In this document: one piece after another, positions 28,755-39,333 of the stretch
Layout: every line of letters starts with the position of its first letter
Position numbering within the stretch: position 1 is the first letter of the stretch
Source of the DNA: an uncultured delta proteobacterium
GTDB lineage: Bacteria > Desulfobacterota > Binatia > Bin18
NCBI GenBank assembly: GCA_963733195.1
Contig: CAVTCR010000009.1
Span: 1 to 64,000 of the forward strand
Reading direction: 5' to 3'
DNA: 64,000 nt
Made by a program: the position numbers and the translations under genes
The notes under the pieces: generated by a model
The model's database searches: none
What the model was told of the DNA's origin: nothing
Seen by the model: the letters and a program-made list of their open reading frames with translations, nothing else

Positions 28755-30347
28755 ATGATTACGATTCAGTATAGCGAGTGGGATGGAACGCAACGCGTAC
28801 GGCTTTCCACGGACCAGCTTTTTGAAGAGTTGGCTAAGCACTTATCGAATACCGACGACCTCCAGCAGGCGATGGAATCCATGATGCGCCAAGGCCTGGA
28901 GGGAGAGCAAGGTAAACTCAAAGGACTCGATGATTTAGTCAAAGAACTACGCGAGGAAATGCGCAAGCGATATAAAGAATACAACCTGCGTTCGTCGCTC
29001 GACGAAATGCAGCAAAGGCTTGAGAACATTCTTAATCAAGAGCGCCAGACCCTTCAGGACCGGAAACCACAGAAGCCGGAGCTAAATGAGAAAGAGAATT
29101 TCCTCAAGCAACTTCCCCAACGCATGAGCGATCAAATGGAGAAGTTGTCGCAGTACGAGTTTGAAGATGAAGCTGCGCAAGAGGCATTCAACGAACTCAT
29201 GCAGGAATTCAACGACATTCGCTCGGTCGAAGATTTTCAGCGCCGCTATAAAGACCTCTTCAATGGTCCGCAATCGCTCGACTTCCAACAAACGTTACAG
29301 TTGATGGAGGAAATGCAGAACCTCCAAGAGATGGAACAAAACCTGCTCGCGGGCCGCTCAGAGAAAATCGATCCGAACGAGTTGCAAGAATTGATGGGGC
29401 AAGGGGCGTGGCAAGATTTGCAGAATTTGCAGCAAATGCAAGCAATGCTGCAAGATGCTGGTTTCTTGGTGTATCGCGAAGGCCGCGTAGCGCTCTCGCC
29501 CAAAGGCATACGACGCATTGGCCAGCTCGCGCTGCGTGATATCTACGCCAACCTGCTGCGTGACCGCACTGGCCCGCATGAGAATGACCATCGCGGGGCT
29601 GCAGAAATAAAGATGGACGAAACCCGCCCGTATTCCTACGGTGATCCGATGCATCTTGATCTGGTCGGAACGATGAAGAAGGCGCTACAACGAACTGTGA
29701 GTGTGCCGATCAAGATGTCTCCAGAAGACTTTACTATCTATGACACTGATCATACGACGACGAGCTCGACCGTATTGCTTTTGGATATGAGTTGGTCGAT
29801 GAGTTGGGAAGGTCGCTTTGCTGCGGCGAAGAAAGTCGCCCTCGCGTTAGAGAGTCTCATCCGTACTCGCTATCCACGGGATTATTTTTCAGTAGTCGGC
29901 TTCTTTACTCGAGCGGTTGAACTGAAGATTAAGGATTTGCCCGAAGCTAGTTGGAACATGGGCGATCCCTTCACTAACCTCCAGGATGGCATTCGCCTCG
30001 CCAGCGATTTGTTACATCGTCACCCTGGTCAAAACCAGAACATTATCGTTGTGACGGATGGTCAACCGACAGCATATTTTTCGCGCGGCCGCCTGTATTG
30101 TGAATGGCCACTCTCGTTCGGTGGCATCAGCATGCGTGCAGCGCAGGAAACGTTGAAAGAAGTCGAGCGTGCCACTCAACGGAAAATCACCATCAATACT
30201 TTTATGCTCGATGACAGTCCGAGTCTGCGAGCCTTTGTCGATAAAATGACACAGCTCAACCGCGGGCGGGCGTTTTATACTCGCCCCGACCATCTTGGTG
30301 AGTATTTGCTCGTGGATTACGTCTCGCGGAAGAAGAAGAAGATATGA
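28755..30347 (+). CDS. VWA domain protein with coiled-coil N-terminus
   Basis: MIDAS DMSWSM, TNLQDG, VVTDGQPT; adjacent to the AAA+ ATPase. Confidence 0.9.
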   Translation: MITIQYSEWDGTQRVRLSTDQLFEELAKHLSNTDDLQQAMESMMRQGLEGEQGKLKGLDDLVKELREEMRKRYKEYNLRSSLDEMQQRLENILNQERQTLQDRKPQKPELNEKENFLKQLPQRMSDQMEKLSQYEFEDEAAQEAFNELMQEFNDIRSVEDFQRRYKDLFNGPQSLDFQQTLQLMEEMQNLQEMEQNLLAGRSEKIDPNELQELMGQGAWQDLQNLQQMQAMLQDAGFLVYREGRVALSPKGIRRIGQLALRDIYANLLRDRTGPHENDHRGAAEIKMDETRPYSYGDPMHLDLVGTMKKALQRTVSVPIKMSPEDFTIYDTDHTTTSSTVLLLDMSWSMSWEGRFAAAKKVALALESLIRTRYPRDYFSVVGFFTRAVELKIKDLPEASWNMGDPFTNLQDGIRLASDLLHRHPGQNQNIIVVTDGQPTAYFSRGRLYCEWPLSFGGISMRAAQETLKEVERATQRKITINTFMLDDSPSLRAFVDKMTQLNRGRAFYTRPDHLGEYLLVDYVSRKKKKI

Positions 30348-30423
30348 ATGAAAGGTTGTAGGCTAAAGGATACAGGGAGTTGCTCCCTATCCTCCCTACA
30401 GCTTCTAGCCTTTGGCCCTGTAT

Positions 30424-30990
30424 CTATTTCACCCATTTGTCTTCCGCAATTTCTTTTAACGCCTTCTGTTCGTCGGCCAGCATTTCGGCAAATGCTTCAG
30501 CCTCAAGTTTACGATAGCGCTCAAGCGATGCTGCAACTTTTTCTGCTCCCGCTGTCTTCTCTAGTTCTTTGAGCGCTTCCCCGACCCACGTCAGGTGCCA
30601 ATCCTCATCTTTGCGCATTTCCTCCAGCACCTTGAGAGTGTCAGGATCAACGTCCGCACGCGAGGCATGTTCTTCGTAGCGTTTATCCGCGCGCTCTTCG
30701 ACGACATACGTCAGGGCGAGCAAGTCTACAAAATGCGAAGGGAGACCAGCTTTGCGTCGCAGGTGGCGATGATACCCGTCCTCAATACGAATCGGTTGTC
30801 CGCCGAGAGCGCGAATGCGTTCGGTCCATTTCCACGCATGTTCGGTTTCATCGGCCAAATGGCGAGCGAGATTCTCTTGGAGCTGGGCACTTTCTGTATG
30901 ATTAATCAAACGAAGGATAAGATCTGCTCCACGTAACTCAGCGTCTCGGTAGTAGCTAAATAGCAAAATGTCATAGGCCTTCTTGTTCAT
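30424..30990 (-). CDS. Ferritin-like diiron domain protein
   Basis: Helical; ligand pattern E...DETEH...EE...DEDWH. Confidence 0.8.
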   Translation of the reverse strand: MNKKAYDILLFSYYRDAELRGADLILRLINHTESAQLQENLARHLADETEHAWKWTERIRALGGQPIRIEDGYHRHLRRKAGLPSHFVDLLALTYVVEERADKRYEEHASRADVDPDTLKVLEEMRKDEDWHLTWVGEALKELEKTAGAEKVAASLERYRKLEAEAFAEMLADEQKALKEIAEDKWVK

Positions 30991-31164
30991 GTCCGTCCGT
31001 GTTCAGAAGGGAGCTCGTTTGTTCTCCCCCTCTTAGCTGAAACCGCCATAGACGCAAGGGCCAACGATCAGAGGCGAAATGACTTTACCTGCCGTTGACC
31101 CACGCGTGGTACTCCTTATCATGCCGCTGCCTGACCACTCAGAGAACGACTGCATGGAGGTAGA

Positions 31165-31971
31165 ATGTCATCGATTTTGACGGCCTTGTTCCTTGGAATT
31201 CTCCAAGGGCTCACCGAGTTTCTACCGGTGAGCAGCTCTGGCCATTTAGTCTTGGCCCAAGCGTTACTGCCAAATCTCTCCCAACCAGGAGTCGTGTTTG
31301 AAGTGACGTTGCATATCGGTACGCTCGTCGCCGTCTGCCTCTACTTCTGGAAAGATCTATGGGCGATGATCATGGCATTGTTTTCTCCTCGCGACGAAAA
31401 GATTGTGAATGACCGCTGGCTTCTCTGGTTAGTGATAGTCGGAACTATCCCGACCGGAATCATCGGAGTACTCTTTCGCAAACAGTTTGAATCTATGTTC
31501 ACCGATTTACGCGGAGCTGGAATCTGGTTCGTTATCACCGGAATCATTCTTTTCATTACTGATAGGGTAACGACCAAGGGACGACAACTCACAGAAATGA
31601 ATATGTTGGACGCGATAGTAATAGGTATCGCTCAAGGGGTATCGATTATTCCTGCTCTGTCTCGCTCTGGTTCGACCATCGCGGCAGGAATTTTGCTCGG
31701 CTTAGATCGTACCCTATTAGTCCGATATTCATTTCTCCTGTCAATTCCAGCAGTTGCTGGGGCCTTTATTTTAGAGGTCGTCTCCCACCGCCATGAACTT
31801 CTCCAAGGGTTCGACCCGATAGCATATGGACTTGGGACGATCGCTGCCGGAATCGTTGGCTATTGGAGCATTGCAGTGTTGCTCAACCTGACCCGCTCGC
31901 GTCGACTTTCTATTTTTGCCTATTACTGTTTTATTGTTGGGGCGGTTGCTTTCCTATTGGGGAGCCGATGA
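31165..31971 (+). CDS. uppP: Undecaprenyl-diphosphate phosphatase
   Basis: QGLTEFLPVSSSGHL, PALSRSGSTI, SFLLSIP. Confidence 0.96.
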   Translation: MSSILTALFLGILQGLTEFLPVSSSGHLVLAQALLPNLSQPGVVFEVTLHIGTLVAVCLYFWKDLWAMIMALFSPRDEKIVNDRWLLWLVIVGTIPTGIIGVLFRKQFESMFTDLRGAGIWFVITGIILFITDRVTTKGRQLTEMNMLDAIVIGIAQGVSIIPALSRSGSTIAAGILLGLDRTLLVRYSFLLSIPAVAGAFILEVVSHRHELLQGFDPIAYGLGTIAAGIVGYWSIAVLLNLTRSRRLSIFAYYCFIVGAVAFLLGSR

Positions 31972-31981
31972 AGTGAACTGG

Positions 31982-32079
31982 AAAAGAAAAGGCCTGCAGG
32001 GTAAAGGAGGGGAAACCTGCAGGCCTTATGAGCACCGCTGAATGGGGAAAATCAGCGGTGAACTTGTTGTCTTGTTGTT
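31982..32079 (-). ncRNA. Candidate small regulatory RNA with two C-rich-loop hairpins and intrinsic terminator
   Basis: Minus strand: ACAACAAGACAACAAG, 9-bp stem with loop UUUUCCCCAU, 12-bp stem with loop UUUCCCCUCCUUUAC, U-tract; no ORF. Confidence 0.6.
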
Positions 32080-32083
32080 ATGT

Positions 32084-32112
32084 AAGGTAACAAAGAGGGT
32101 TTCCTGATGCAA
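32084..32112 (-). promoter_or_regulatory. sigma70-like promoter for the candidate sRNA
   Basis: TTGCAT-N17-TACCTT with extended TGn. Confidence 0.55.
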
Positions 32113-32264
32113 GATAAGAAATGATAACTTTTTTTCCTTTTTTGTATAAATTTATCTTATGAATAAAAAGACTCCAGGGAAGCACCGGCGGCGAGGTCGA
32201 AGGATAGAGAAACCATCCCTCCAACTGCAAACCTCCATCGCATAGCTCGCTTCTTCTTTTCCAC

Positions 32265-32293
32265 TGTAACGTCCTGACCTCCTCGAACGTCCT
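32265..32293 (+). promoter_or_regulatory. Putative ECF promoter upstream of the sigma factor gene
   Basis: tGTAACGtcctGACCTccTCgAACGTcCT, repeated at 33280. Confidence 0.6.
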
Positions 32294-32317
32294 TGCTGTT
32301 ATGAGGGAGGTGTACTG

Positions 32318-33271
32318 ATGAACCAAGTCACAGTGACAGCCGACCCTGTACTGATGAACAAACTCGACGATTTGTTTCGCGACTACAAACGCATGCTCTG
32401 GGGGCTGTCCTATCGCATGACCGGATGTGCTGCTGATGCTGATGATATTGTTCAGGAAACCTTCGCCCGTGCTGCGGAACGACCTACACCGTCCGATGAA
32501 CACACTTGGCGACCATGGCTCATACGAGTGGCAACGAACCTGAGTCTCGATCTCCTGCGTCAGCGTCGCCGACGTTCGTACCAAGGGTCTTGGCTTCCTT
32601 CGCCCATAGAGATGAGCGGTGAAGAGGCTCCCGCCGACACGAGTGCACCAAGTACAGAAGCTCGCTATGAGTGGGTCGAGAGTCTGTCGTTCGCTTTCCT
32701 GCTGGCACTCGAAGCTTTGACGCCACGGCAACGAGCGGTGTTATTGCTACGAGACGTTTTCGACTATTCGGCTCGTGCCACCGCTGAGCTTCTGAACCTT
32801 TCGGAAGAAAACATCCGGATTACGCACCTCCGGGCGCGTCGCGCCATGCGAGACTATGACCACAACCGCTGTCACCCGACCTGTGCTCTGCAGGAACAGA
32901 CCCGTCAGGTGCTTGGCCAGTTTATCCGCTGCCTGGTCACACAAGATGTAGACGGAGCTGCGTCTCTCCTGGCAGCCTCGGCCCGCGCGGTAACTGACGG
33001 TGGTGGGGAATACACAGCGCTCCATCAGCCGCTGGTTGGACGCAAAGCGGTGCTCACGCTTCACCTACGCGTTGCCCAACGCCGTGGCGCAGGGGCGCGT
33101 GTTGAGTTTCGCTTAATGAATGGGCTGCCCGCGGTAGTTATTGAGTATGCTTCTGCCATCAAGCGGCAAGCACCGCGGGCCGTACTCCGTTGTGAATTAA
33201 GTTCAGATGGACACATTCGTGAGCTGCACACAATCCTCGCCTCACGGAAACTGACGGCGGTCCGGTTCTGA
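32318..33271 (+). CDS. ECF sigma factor, ECF41/SigJ type with SnoaL-like C-terminal extension
   Basis: DADDIVQE, WLPSP (cf. WLPEP), LEALTPRQRAVLLLRDVFDY, TDGGG. Confidence 0.9.
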   Translation: MNQVTVTADPVLMNKLDDLFRDYKRMLWGLSYRMTGCAADADDIVQETFARAAERPTPSDEHTWRPWLIRVATNLSLDLLRQRRRRSYQGSWLPSPIEMSGEEAPADTSAPSTEARYEWVESLSFAFLLALEALTPRQRAVLLLRDVFDYSARATAELLNLSEENIRITHLRARRAMRDYDHNRCHPTCALQEQTRQVLGQFIRCLVTQDVDGAASLLAASARAVTDGGGEYTALHQPLVGRKAVLTLHLRVAQRRGAGARVEFRLMNGLPAVVIEYASAIKRQAPRAVLRCELSSDGHIRELHTILASRKLTAVRF

Positions 33272-33279
33272 CCGTCTCG

Positions 33280-33308
33280 CGTAACGAATCGACCTGTTCA
33301 AACGTTCT
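33280..33308 (+). promoter_or_regulatory. Putative ECF promoter upstream of the hydroxylase gene
   Basis: cGTAACGaatcGACCTgtTCaAACGTtCT. Confidence 0.6.
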
Positions 33309-33349
33309 GTTGAGTGACAGTCCACAACAACTCAACAGGAGGGATGAAC

Positions 33350-34132
33350 ATGGATCTTCTTTTTTTTGGCGTCGCGTTGGTGACCCTCATCATTGCCGAG
33401 CGAATACCGCGGTTGCAGTTTCAGCCATCTTCTCTGGTCCGTCCTTTTTTCTTAAGTGACCTTTTTTATCTGGCAACCGGAGGAGTGCTGCTCTCCCTGG
33501 TGATGCGAGCCCAGGCGGTACCGTGGGCGGGGGTATTCAACGAGGGCGTGCGGCGTGCATTGGCCGACGCGCCCTTTGCAATGACGGTACCGATCGCTCT
33601 CATTCTCTATGATCTCGGCGCATATGTGACACACATATTATTACATCGCGTCAACACGCTCTGGGAGTTGCATAAGGTCCACCACTCCAGCCGCACATTG
33701 GATTGGTTGGCCACGTTTCGCGCACATATTATTGAACATGCTCTCCGCCATCTTCTCTCTCCGGTGCTGCTCATTCTCCTTGGCTTTCCGCTGGCAGCGG
33801 TTGGCATCGCCAGTGGGGTGCTTGCTGCCTGGGCCGCTCTGGTCCATGCGAACCTGGATGTCTCTTGGCGCTGGCTTGAGCCGATTCTGATTACCCCGCG
33901 CCTGCATCGCTTGCATCACGTTCCCGCCACGAGCGCTCGCAATCTGGGTGTGTTCTTCTCCGTATGGGATCGACTCCGCGGTACACTGGAGACCAATCCC
34001 ACAGCATCCCCCCAGTCGACCGGCGTCCCCGGCGCTGTCGATACGTACCCGCAGACCTGGCCCCGACAACTCGTCGAGCCGTTCATCCGGAGAACCGAGC
34101 ACGAGAAAGAAACGTACAAAGCCGCAGCATAG
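33350..34132 (+). CDS. Sterol desaturase/fatty acid hydroxylase superfamily membrane protein
   Basis: His boxes HILLH, HKVHH, HAN, HRLHH; WDRL.GT. Confidence 0.9.
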   Translation: MDLLFFGVALVTLIIAERIPRLQFQPSSLVRPFFLSDLFYLATGGVLLSLVMRAQAVPWAGVFNEGVRRALADAPFAMTVPIALILYDLGAYVTHILLHRVNTLWELHKVHHSSRTLDWLATFRAHIIEHALRHLLSPVLLILLGFPLAAVGIASGVLAAWAALVHANLDVSWRWLEPILITPRLHRLHHVPATSARNLGVFFSVWDRLRGTLETNPTASPQSTGVPGAVDTYPQTWPRQLVEPFIRRTEHEKETYKAAA

Positions 34133-34150
34133 GGGATGCCGTTCTTTTGT

Positions 34151-34257
34151 ATTGGGTCATTTGTTCATTGGGTCATTGATTCATTTTCTGATTGGGCCAT
34201 TTGTTCATTGAGACAATGGTCCAATGATGCAATCTGTCAATTCTGCAATGATCCAAT
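34151..34257. repeat. 8-mer tract with inverted arms (ATTGGGTC / GATCCAAT)
   Basis: attgggtc atttgttc attgggtc attgattc attttctg attgggcc atttgttc ... ggtccaat gatgcaat ctgtcaat tctgcaat gatccaat. Confidence 0.85.
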
Positions 34258-34269
34258 CCTTCATATGGT

Positions 34270-37200
34270 TCAATGGCTCAATTCTTCAATCAGCGCCTTG
34301 GCCTCTTGCAAATCCTTCGTGTCAAACCCTTCCGTGAACCAGTTATAGACATCGGATAACATATTGTGTGCTTCGGCTCTCTTCCCTTGTTGCCGCCACA
34401 GCTCCACGAGGCTCACCGTGGCGCGGAGTTCCAGTGACTTGGCTTGTTGCTTTCTGGCGATCTCAATGGCTTTCAGGAAGCACGCTTCGGCTTCCTCGAA
34501 CGTGCATGGTGGGCGAGGGGTGAAGGGCCGAGGGGTTCGGTAGCTGTCAATTGTGAACGTCATGATTTTGCATAACTGCGTTCATCTGTAGAATGAGTTC
34601 GCCCTTGAGTCGATATAGCTCGGCTTCGTACAACGTTCTCCATGTCTTCATCTACACTGGCCAGTGCCTCGGCCAACAAGAGTCAGTCCTTCCTCGATTC
34701 GCCCTGTTTTCCGTATACCTCAGCAAGCAATGGCAAGAAAATACGGACTTACTCAGTTTTCTGATGCCTGTCGCTCTAACAGTCAGCCAAACCCTGGTGC
34801 ATCTGCGCAATCCCCTCATCTGTTTGTCCTTGCTCAGCGAGCGCCCAGCCCTGATGGATGGTCCCAGACGCCAAGCAAAAAGAGAAACCCGTGCTCGGTC
34901 GAAAGACAATCGACCGCTTCCGCTCGCTCCTGCATCTGCTTTCTCTTCTCGACGAAATTGGTGGAACTACGCAGCAACGCTTAACGTCGCGGCGAGGCTG
35001 TAAGGGTAGCGAAGCGTCCTGCGTTAAGGTAAGGCATGCATGGTTTTCTGTGAGCGCTTGGTCGGAAAGCCAAGAAGCCAGAGTGCCCAAGCCTACACAG
35101 ATCAGACTAACCACTCCAGGGTGCTTCCCCGTAGAGAAAGGTCAGGGAGCGGTGCTGCTGGGGATTATGGAGGGCAATACCTTGCTCTAGGTGTTCTCGC
35201 GCTTGAGGCCACGTCTGCCAAGCCACAATGAACTAAGGTGTCCCCTAACGTCGGTGGGCCTCCATGAAGAGGATGTGGGTCTTGCGCCATTCCGGGCTAA
35301 GTTGTAGGAACTGTTCCCCCAGCTCTAGGCTGCCTTCTGTAACTCCGCCCGCACAAGATGAAAGCCCACAGTCCATACAGCACAGGGAAGAGCTGGGGAG
35401 TTTCGCCCACGTGGCGGCACAGCTCGAGCGCCCGGGCGTAGACTTTTTCCACTTCTTGGGCAGCGTAGCCCTTCACCGCACCCAGGGGTATGCCCAGGGC
35501 AATTTGCAGTGCGAGTTCTCGCTGCGCGCGCTCAGGTGTCTCCGCCAGGGTCTTGAGCAACTCCAGCGCTGTAGTCAAGTGAGTGTGATGGCCTCTGCGT
35601 GCGCCGACCGCTGCACCGCCTGTTGTCCCGCCAGGCCGAGATACTCCACTGCCTTCTTGGTGTTACCGCTGCGCCTGTAGTGATGGGCCAGATCACTGTA
35701 GTGGTCTTCTAACCTCTCGTGATAGAGCGCCTCGATCGCTTGCCCGGTCTGCTCGTGCAAGGCTTTGCGTCGCTCCTGGAGAACAGAGTTGTACGCCACT
35801 TCCTGAGTGAGGGCATGCTTGAAAATATACTCAACCTCTGGAAACGCGGGCTGCTCGTAGAGAAACTCTTTGTGCTGGAGCGAGGCCAGAAGCCGATAGA
35901 GTCGTCTTCGGGCTGAGCGATGACTTGGCGGACAGGCTGAGCGGGAACTCCCGACCGATCACCCCGAGTTGTTGGAGTAGCGCTTTCTCTTCTGGGGCGA
36001 GACGGTCGATACGCGCGGCCAGGACACCTTGGACGGTGGGGGGAATGTGAATTGCCGTAGGGGCAGGGCTCGCCCTGCCCACGGAGGGCGACGCAAGCGT
36101 CGCCCCTATATCGGTTCGGACCAACACGCCTTGTTCAACCAAATCCTGGACAATCTCTTCCATGAAAAACGGCGTACCTTCGGTCTTCTCTAGAATCAGT
36201 TGTTTGAGGGTGTGTAGGGGCGCACCTATGTGTGCGCCCGGTCTCTCTGGGCCGGCACGTCAGGTCGGCCCCTACGGAAACACCTAACAATGCATCCAGG
36301 AATTCTTCAGCCTCGGCTCTGCCAAACGGTGCTAACCGCAGCTGCGTGTAATACGTCTTCTGCCCCCACTCATGCCGATACTCTGGACGATAATTCACCA
36401 GCAGAAGAATCTTGGCTGAGGCAATTCCTTCACTCAGAGTATCGAGAAATCCTTGCGTCTCGCTATCAATCCAATGCAGGTCTTCAAAGATGAGGAGCAG
36501 TGGCTGATTAAGACTCTCGCGTAAGAACAACTTCTTGATCGCGTCGAACGTGCGACGGCGGCGAATCTGCGCATCCATCTGCTGGAGATTCGACTGGTGC
36601 TCGTCGATACCCAGCAGTGAGAATAGATATGGCAAAGTCTCTTCCAAGCTGCGATCAAGCATGAGCACTTTGCCGCCGACCTTCTCCCGTCGCGTGCGTT
36701 CATCGTCTTGGGGTTGAAGCTGGAAATAACTCTTGAGCAGTTCAATCACTGGTAGATAGGGCGAGGCTTTGCCATGCGAGATCGAGTAGGCTTCAAGCAC
36801 TAAGCAACCGCTTTGCGAGGTCTGTTTGAACTCGTAGAAAAGACGGGATTTCCCGAGTCCGGGTTCACCCATAACGCCTATAATCTGCCCATGCCCGGCT
36901 TTGGCTTGCATCAGCGCGTGCTGCATCTGGGCCATCTCACTCTGCCGTCCGACGAATCGTGTCAATCCACGCCGTGCTGCGACTTGTAACCGCGTGCGTA
37001 ACGGGCCCGCGCCGAGCACTTCATAGACGTTCAGCAGCTCTTCGACGCCTTTGATCTGCGCGGCTCCGAGCGTCTTCAATTCAAAGTAGCCTTCCACTAA
37101 TCGTCGTGTGTAATCAGTAATTAGGATCGAGCCCGGTGTCGCCATCTGCTCCATGCGTGCCGCTAAGTTCGTCGAGTGCCCAACCGGGACATAATCGGTA

Positions 37201-37843
37201 TGTAGATCATCTTTACGAATCGAGCGCACGACGACTTCGCCGGTATTAATTCCTACGCGCATTTGTAGAGGAGTCCCACCCTTCAAGCGTGACTGGTCAC
37301 TATACCGTCGCATTTCCTCCTGCATGCGGAGGGCAGCATAGAGCGCGCGTTGGGGATGATCTTCATGAGCAATCGGCGCACCAAACAGAGCAAAGATGCC
37401 ATCACCTAACGCTTGTGCAACGTAGCCTTCATAGCGATGGACGGCATCCATCATCAGCTGCAAGGCGGGATCAATAATCGCGCGTGCTTCTTCTGGGTCG
37501 AGGCCTTCAATCAACGCCGTCGAGCCCTTGAGATCGGCAAAAAGAGCCGTGATGGTTTTGCGTTCACCATCCGACACGGACACCGCACGGATGCGGTCCG
37601 CCAGATGAGCGGGAGTGTAGGCTGCTGGGGGTGGGGAACTGACAATGTTGGGGGCTGGGTACTAGGTGCTAGGGGTAGGGACTGAGAACTGACAACTAGC
37701 GAAGCACCACACTCGGCGCAAAACTTCGCCGTGGGACTGACCGAAGAGCCACATTGAGAACAAACTGTGATCAGTTTCGTTCCACACTCTTCGCAGAACT
37801 TGGCGGTATCACTGTTCGGGTGACTGCACTGCGGACAACCCAT
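34270..37843 (-). CDS. Double zinc ribbon + class III adenylate/guanylate cyclase + AAA (STAND-like) + TPR protein; many frameshifts (possible pseudogene)
   Basis: CPQC..FCEECG..CSQCG..FCAECG; ERKTITALFADLKGST, LGDGIFALFGAP, NLAARME; GEPGLGKSRL; EDLHWID; WFTEGFDTKDLQEA; split over at least 7 ORFs. Confidence 0.88.
36057..36110. repeat. GTAG-type REP doublet inside a CDS
   Basis: gtaggggcagggctcgccctgccc acgga gggcgacgcaagcgtcgcccctata; read in frame as IGATLASPSVGRASPAPT. Confidence 0.85.
36214..36275. repeat. GTAG-type REP doublet inside a CDS
   Basis: gtaggggcgcacctatgtgtgcgccc ... gggccggcacgtcaggtcggcccctac. Confidence 0.85.
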
Positions 37844-37902
37844 GCCTTCCTCCTTGGGTCCTGGCGATAAGGCTTCTAAGACAAACTGAAATCTTAAGCG
37901 GC

Positions 37903-39121
37903 TCAGTACTTTTTCTCCACCAATACTCCTTCCGTGCGCAACCGTTGCACTTCTTCAGATGTCTTTTTCAAATAGGTCGTCAGCACTTCATGGTTGTGCT
38001 GACCAAGCAAAGGTGCAGTCAGCGGTAATTCCTCAGGGAAGTCCGAGAACTTGAGCGGAAATCCAGGAACGTCCACATCACCACCGTAGGTTGCATCTTG
38101 GATAGTGCGAACCGTTCCACGGGCACGTAGGTGTGGATGGTCAAGGGTTTCTGCGACTGACAGCACTGGTGCAACCGGTACCTCGAATCGCTCCATATGA
38201 GAGACGGCGCTGGTAACATCAGGAAACGTGTGTAACCAATCTTCGATGATTGTCACTACCTCATCTCGTCTTTCCAGCCGTGCAGGATCAGTACTATAGC
38301 GTGGGTCTTCGATGAGATCCGGTCGTTCCATCGCTCGACAAAGATCCGGCCAGTGGTGGAAAAACCCCATAATTACTACGTGCCCCCCCGTGGCACGAAA
38401 CACGCCACCAGGACAAAGATAAGTCATGTGACGACCAACTCGCGTGGGCTTAACTTTCCCGCCGCTTGCTCTGACTTGGTGGACGTTGATTTCATGGAAG
38501 TGGTAGTACACATCGAGTAGAGCAACATCGAGATGCTGTCCCCGTCCGGTACGGTCGCGATGACGCAGAGCAGCAAGCACAGCGAGTGCACCATGCACGC
38601 CAGTATTCACGTCCCCTAATCCCACCAAGGGAATGTAGGGTGGTTCGTCTTCGTCACCAATCATCGAAGTTACTCCGGCGTACGCCTGGGCAATGTAGTC
38701 GTAGCCTGGTTTGTGAGCGAGTGGACCCGTCTGCCCTAGTGCAGAGATCGAACACAAGATGACATCCGACTTAAGTTCTCGCAATCGTTCATAACCCAAG
38801 CCCATGTCTGCCATGATCTCCAGGTTTGAAGTTCTCGACCACCACATCAACATGCGGGATCAGTGAAGTTACCAATGCCATGCCACGAGGATCACGTAAA
38901 TTGACGCACAAGCTCTTTTTCCCGCGATTGTGTTGGACGAAAAACAAGCTGCGTTTGTTGTAGACCGACGCAGCCCGGCTCATGTCTCCCTTCGGAGCCG
39001 GTTCAACTTTGATCACTTCCGCCCCCATCTCTGCCAGCATGCGTGTACATGTCGGCCCAGCTAGGGCACGAGTGAAATCGAGGACCCGTAAGCCAGTGAG
39101 GACATGGTCAGTCTGCGGCAT
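37903..39121 (-). CDS. Class III CoA transferase (CaiB/BaiF); frameshift near 38822
   Basis: RVLDFTRALAGP, NRGKKS, VENFKPG, GYDYIAQA, APLLGQH. Confidence 0.92.
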
Positions 39122-39170
39122 GGGATTATTCCTCCGGTGTCATTGTTGAATCTTAGGTTTTAGGTTCACT

Positions 39171-39327
39171 GTTGGGGTAAATAGGGAAAAGGGGGAAGGG
39201 GATAGAAGGATAAGGGGAAAAGGATAAAGGATGAAATGGAACAAGAAAAGAGAACGTCCTCACGTTTTTCTGCCTTTATCCCTTATCTATCCCGTTTTCC
39301 CCTTTCCCCTTTTCGCCTTTTACCCGC
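39171..39327. repeat. Purine-rich / pyrimidine-rich 8-mer inverted tract
   Basis: ggggtaaa tagggaaa ... aggataaa ... ttttcccc tttcccct tttcgcct tttacccg. Confidence 0.75.
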
Positions 39328-39333
39328 GAAGTC

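Noticed and set aside
34151-34257. Regular repeats as a CRISPR array
   Set aside because: Period is 8 nt with no unique spacers; belongs to the inverted-tract class
34270-37843. Programmed frameshifting or DGR-type diversification of the cyclase gene
   Set aside because: No consistent slippery sites, template/variable repeat pair or reverse transcriptase seen; indels resemble those in other genes
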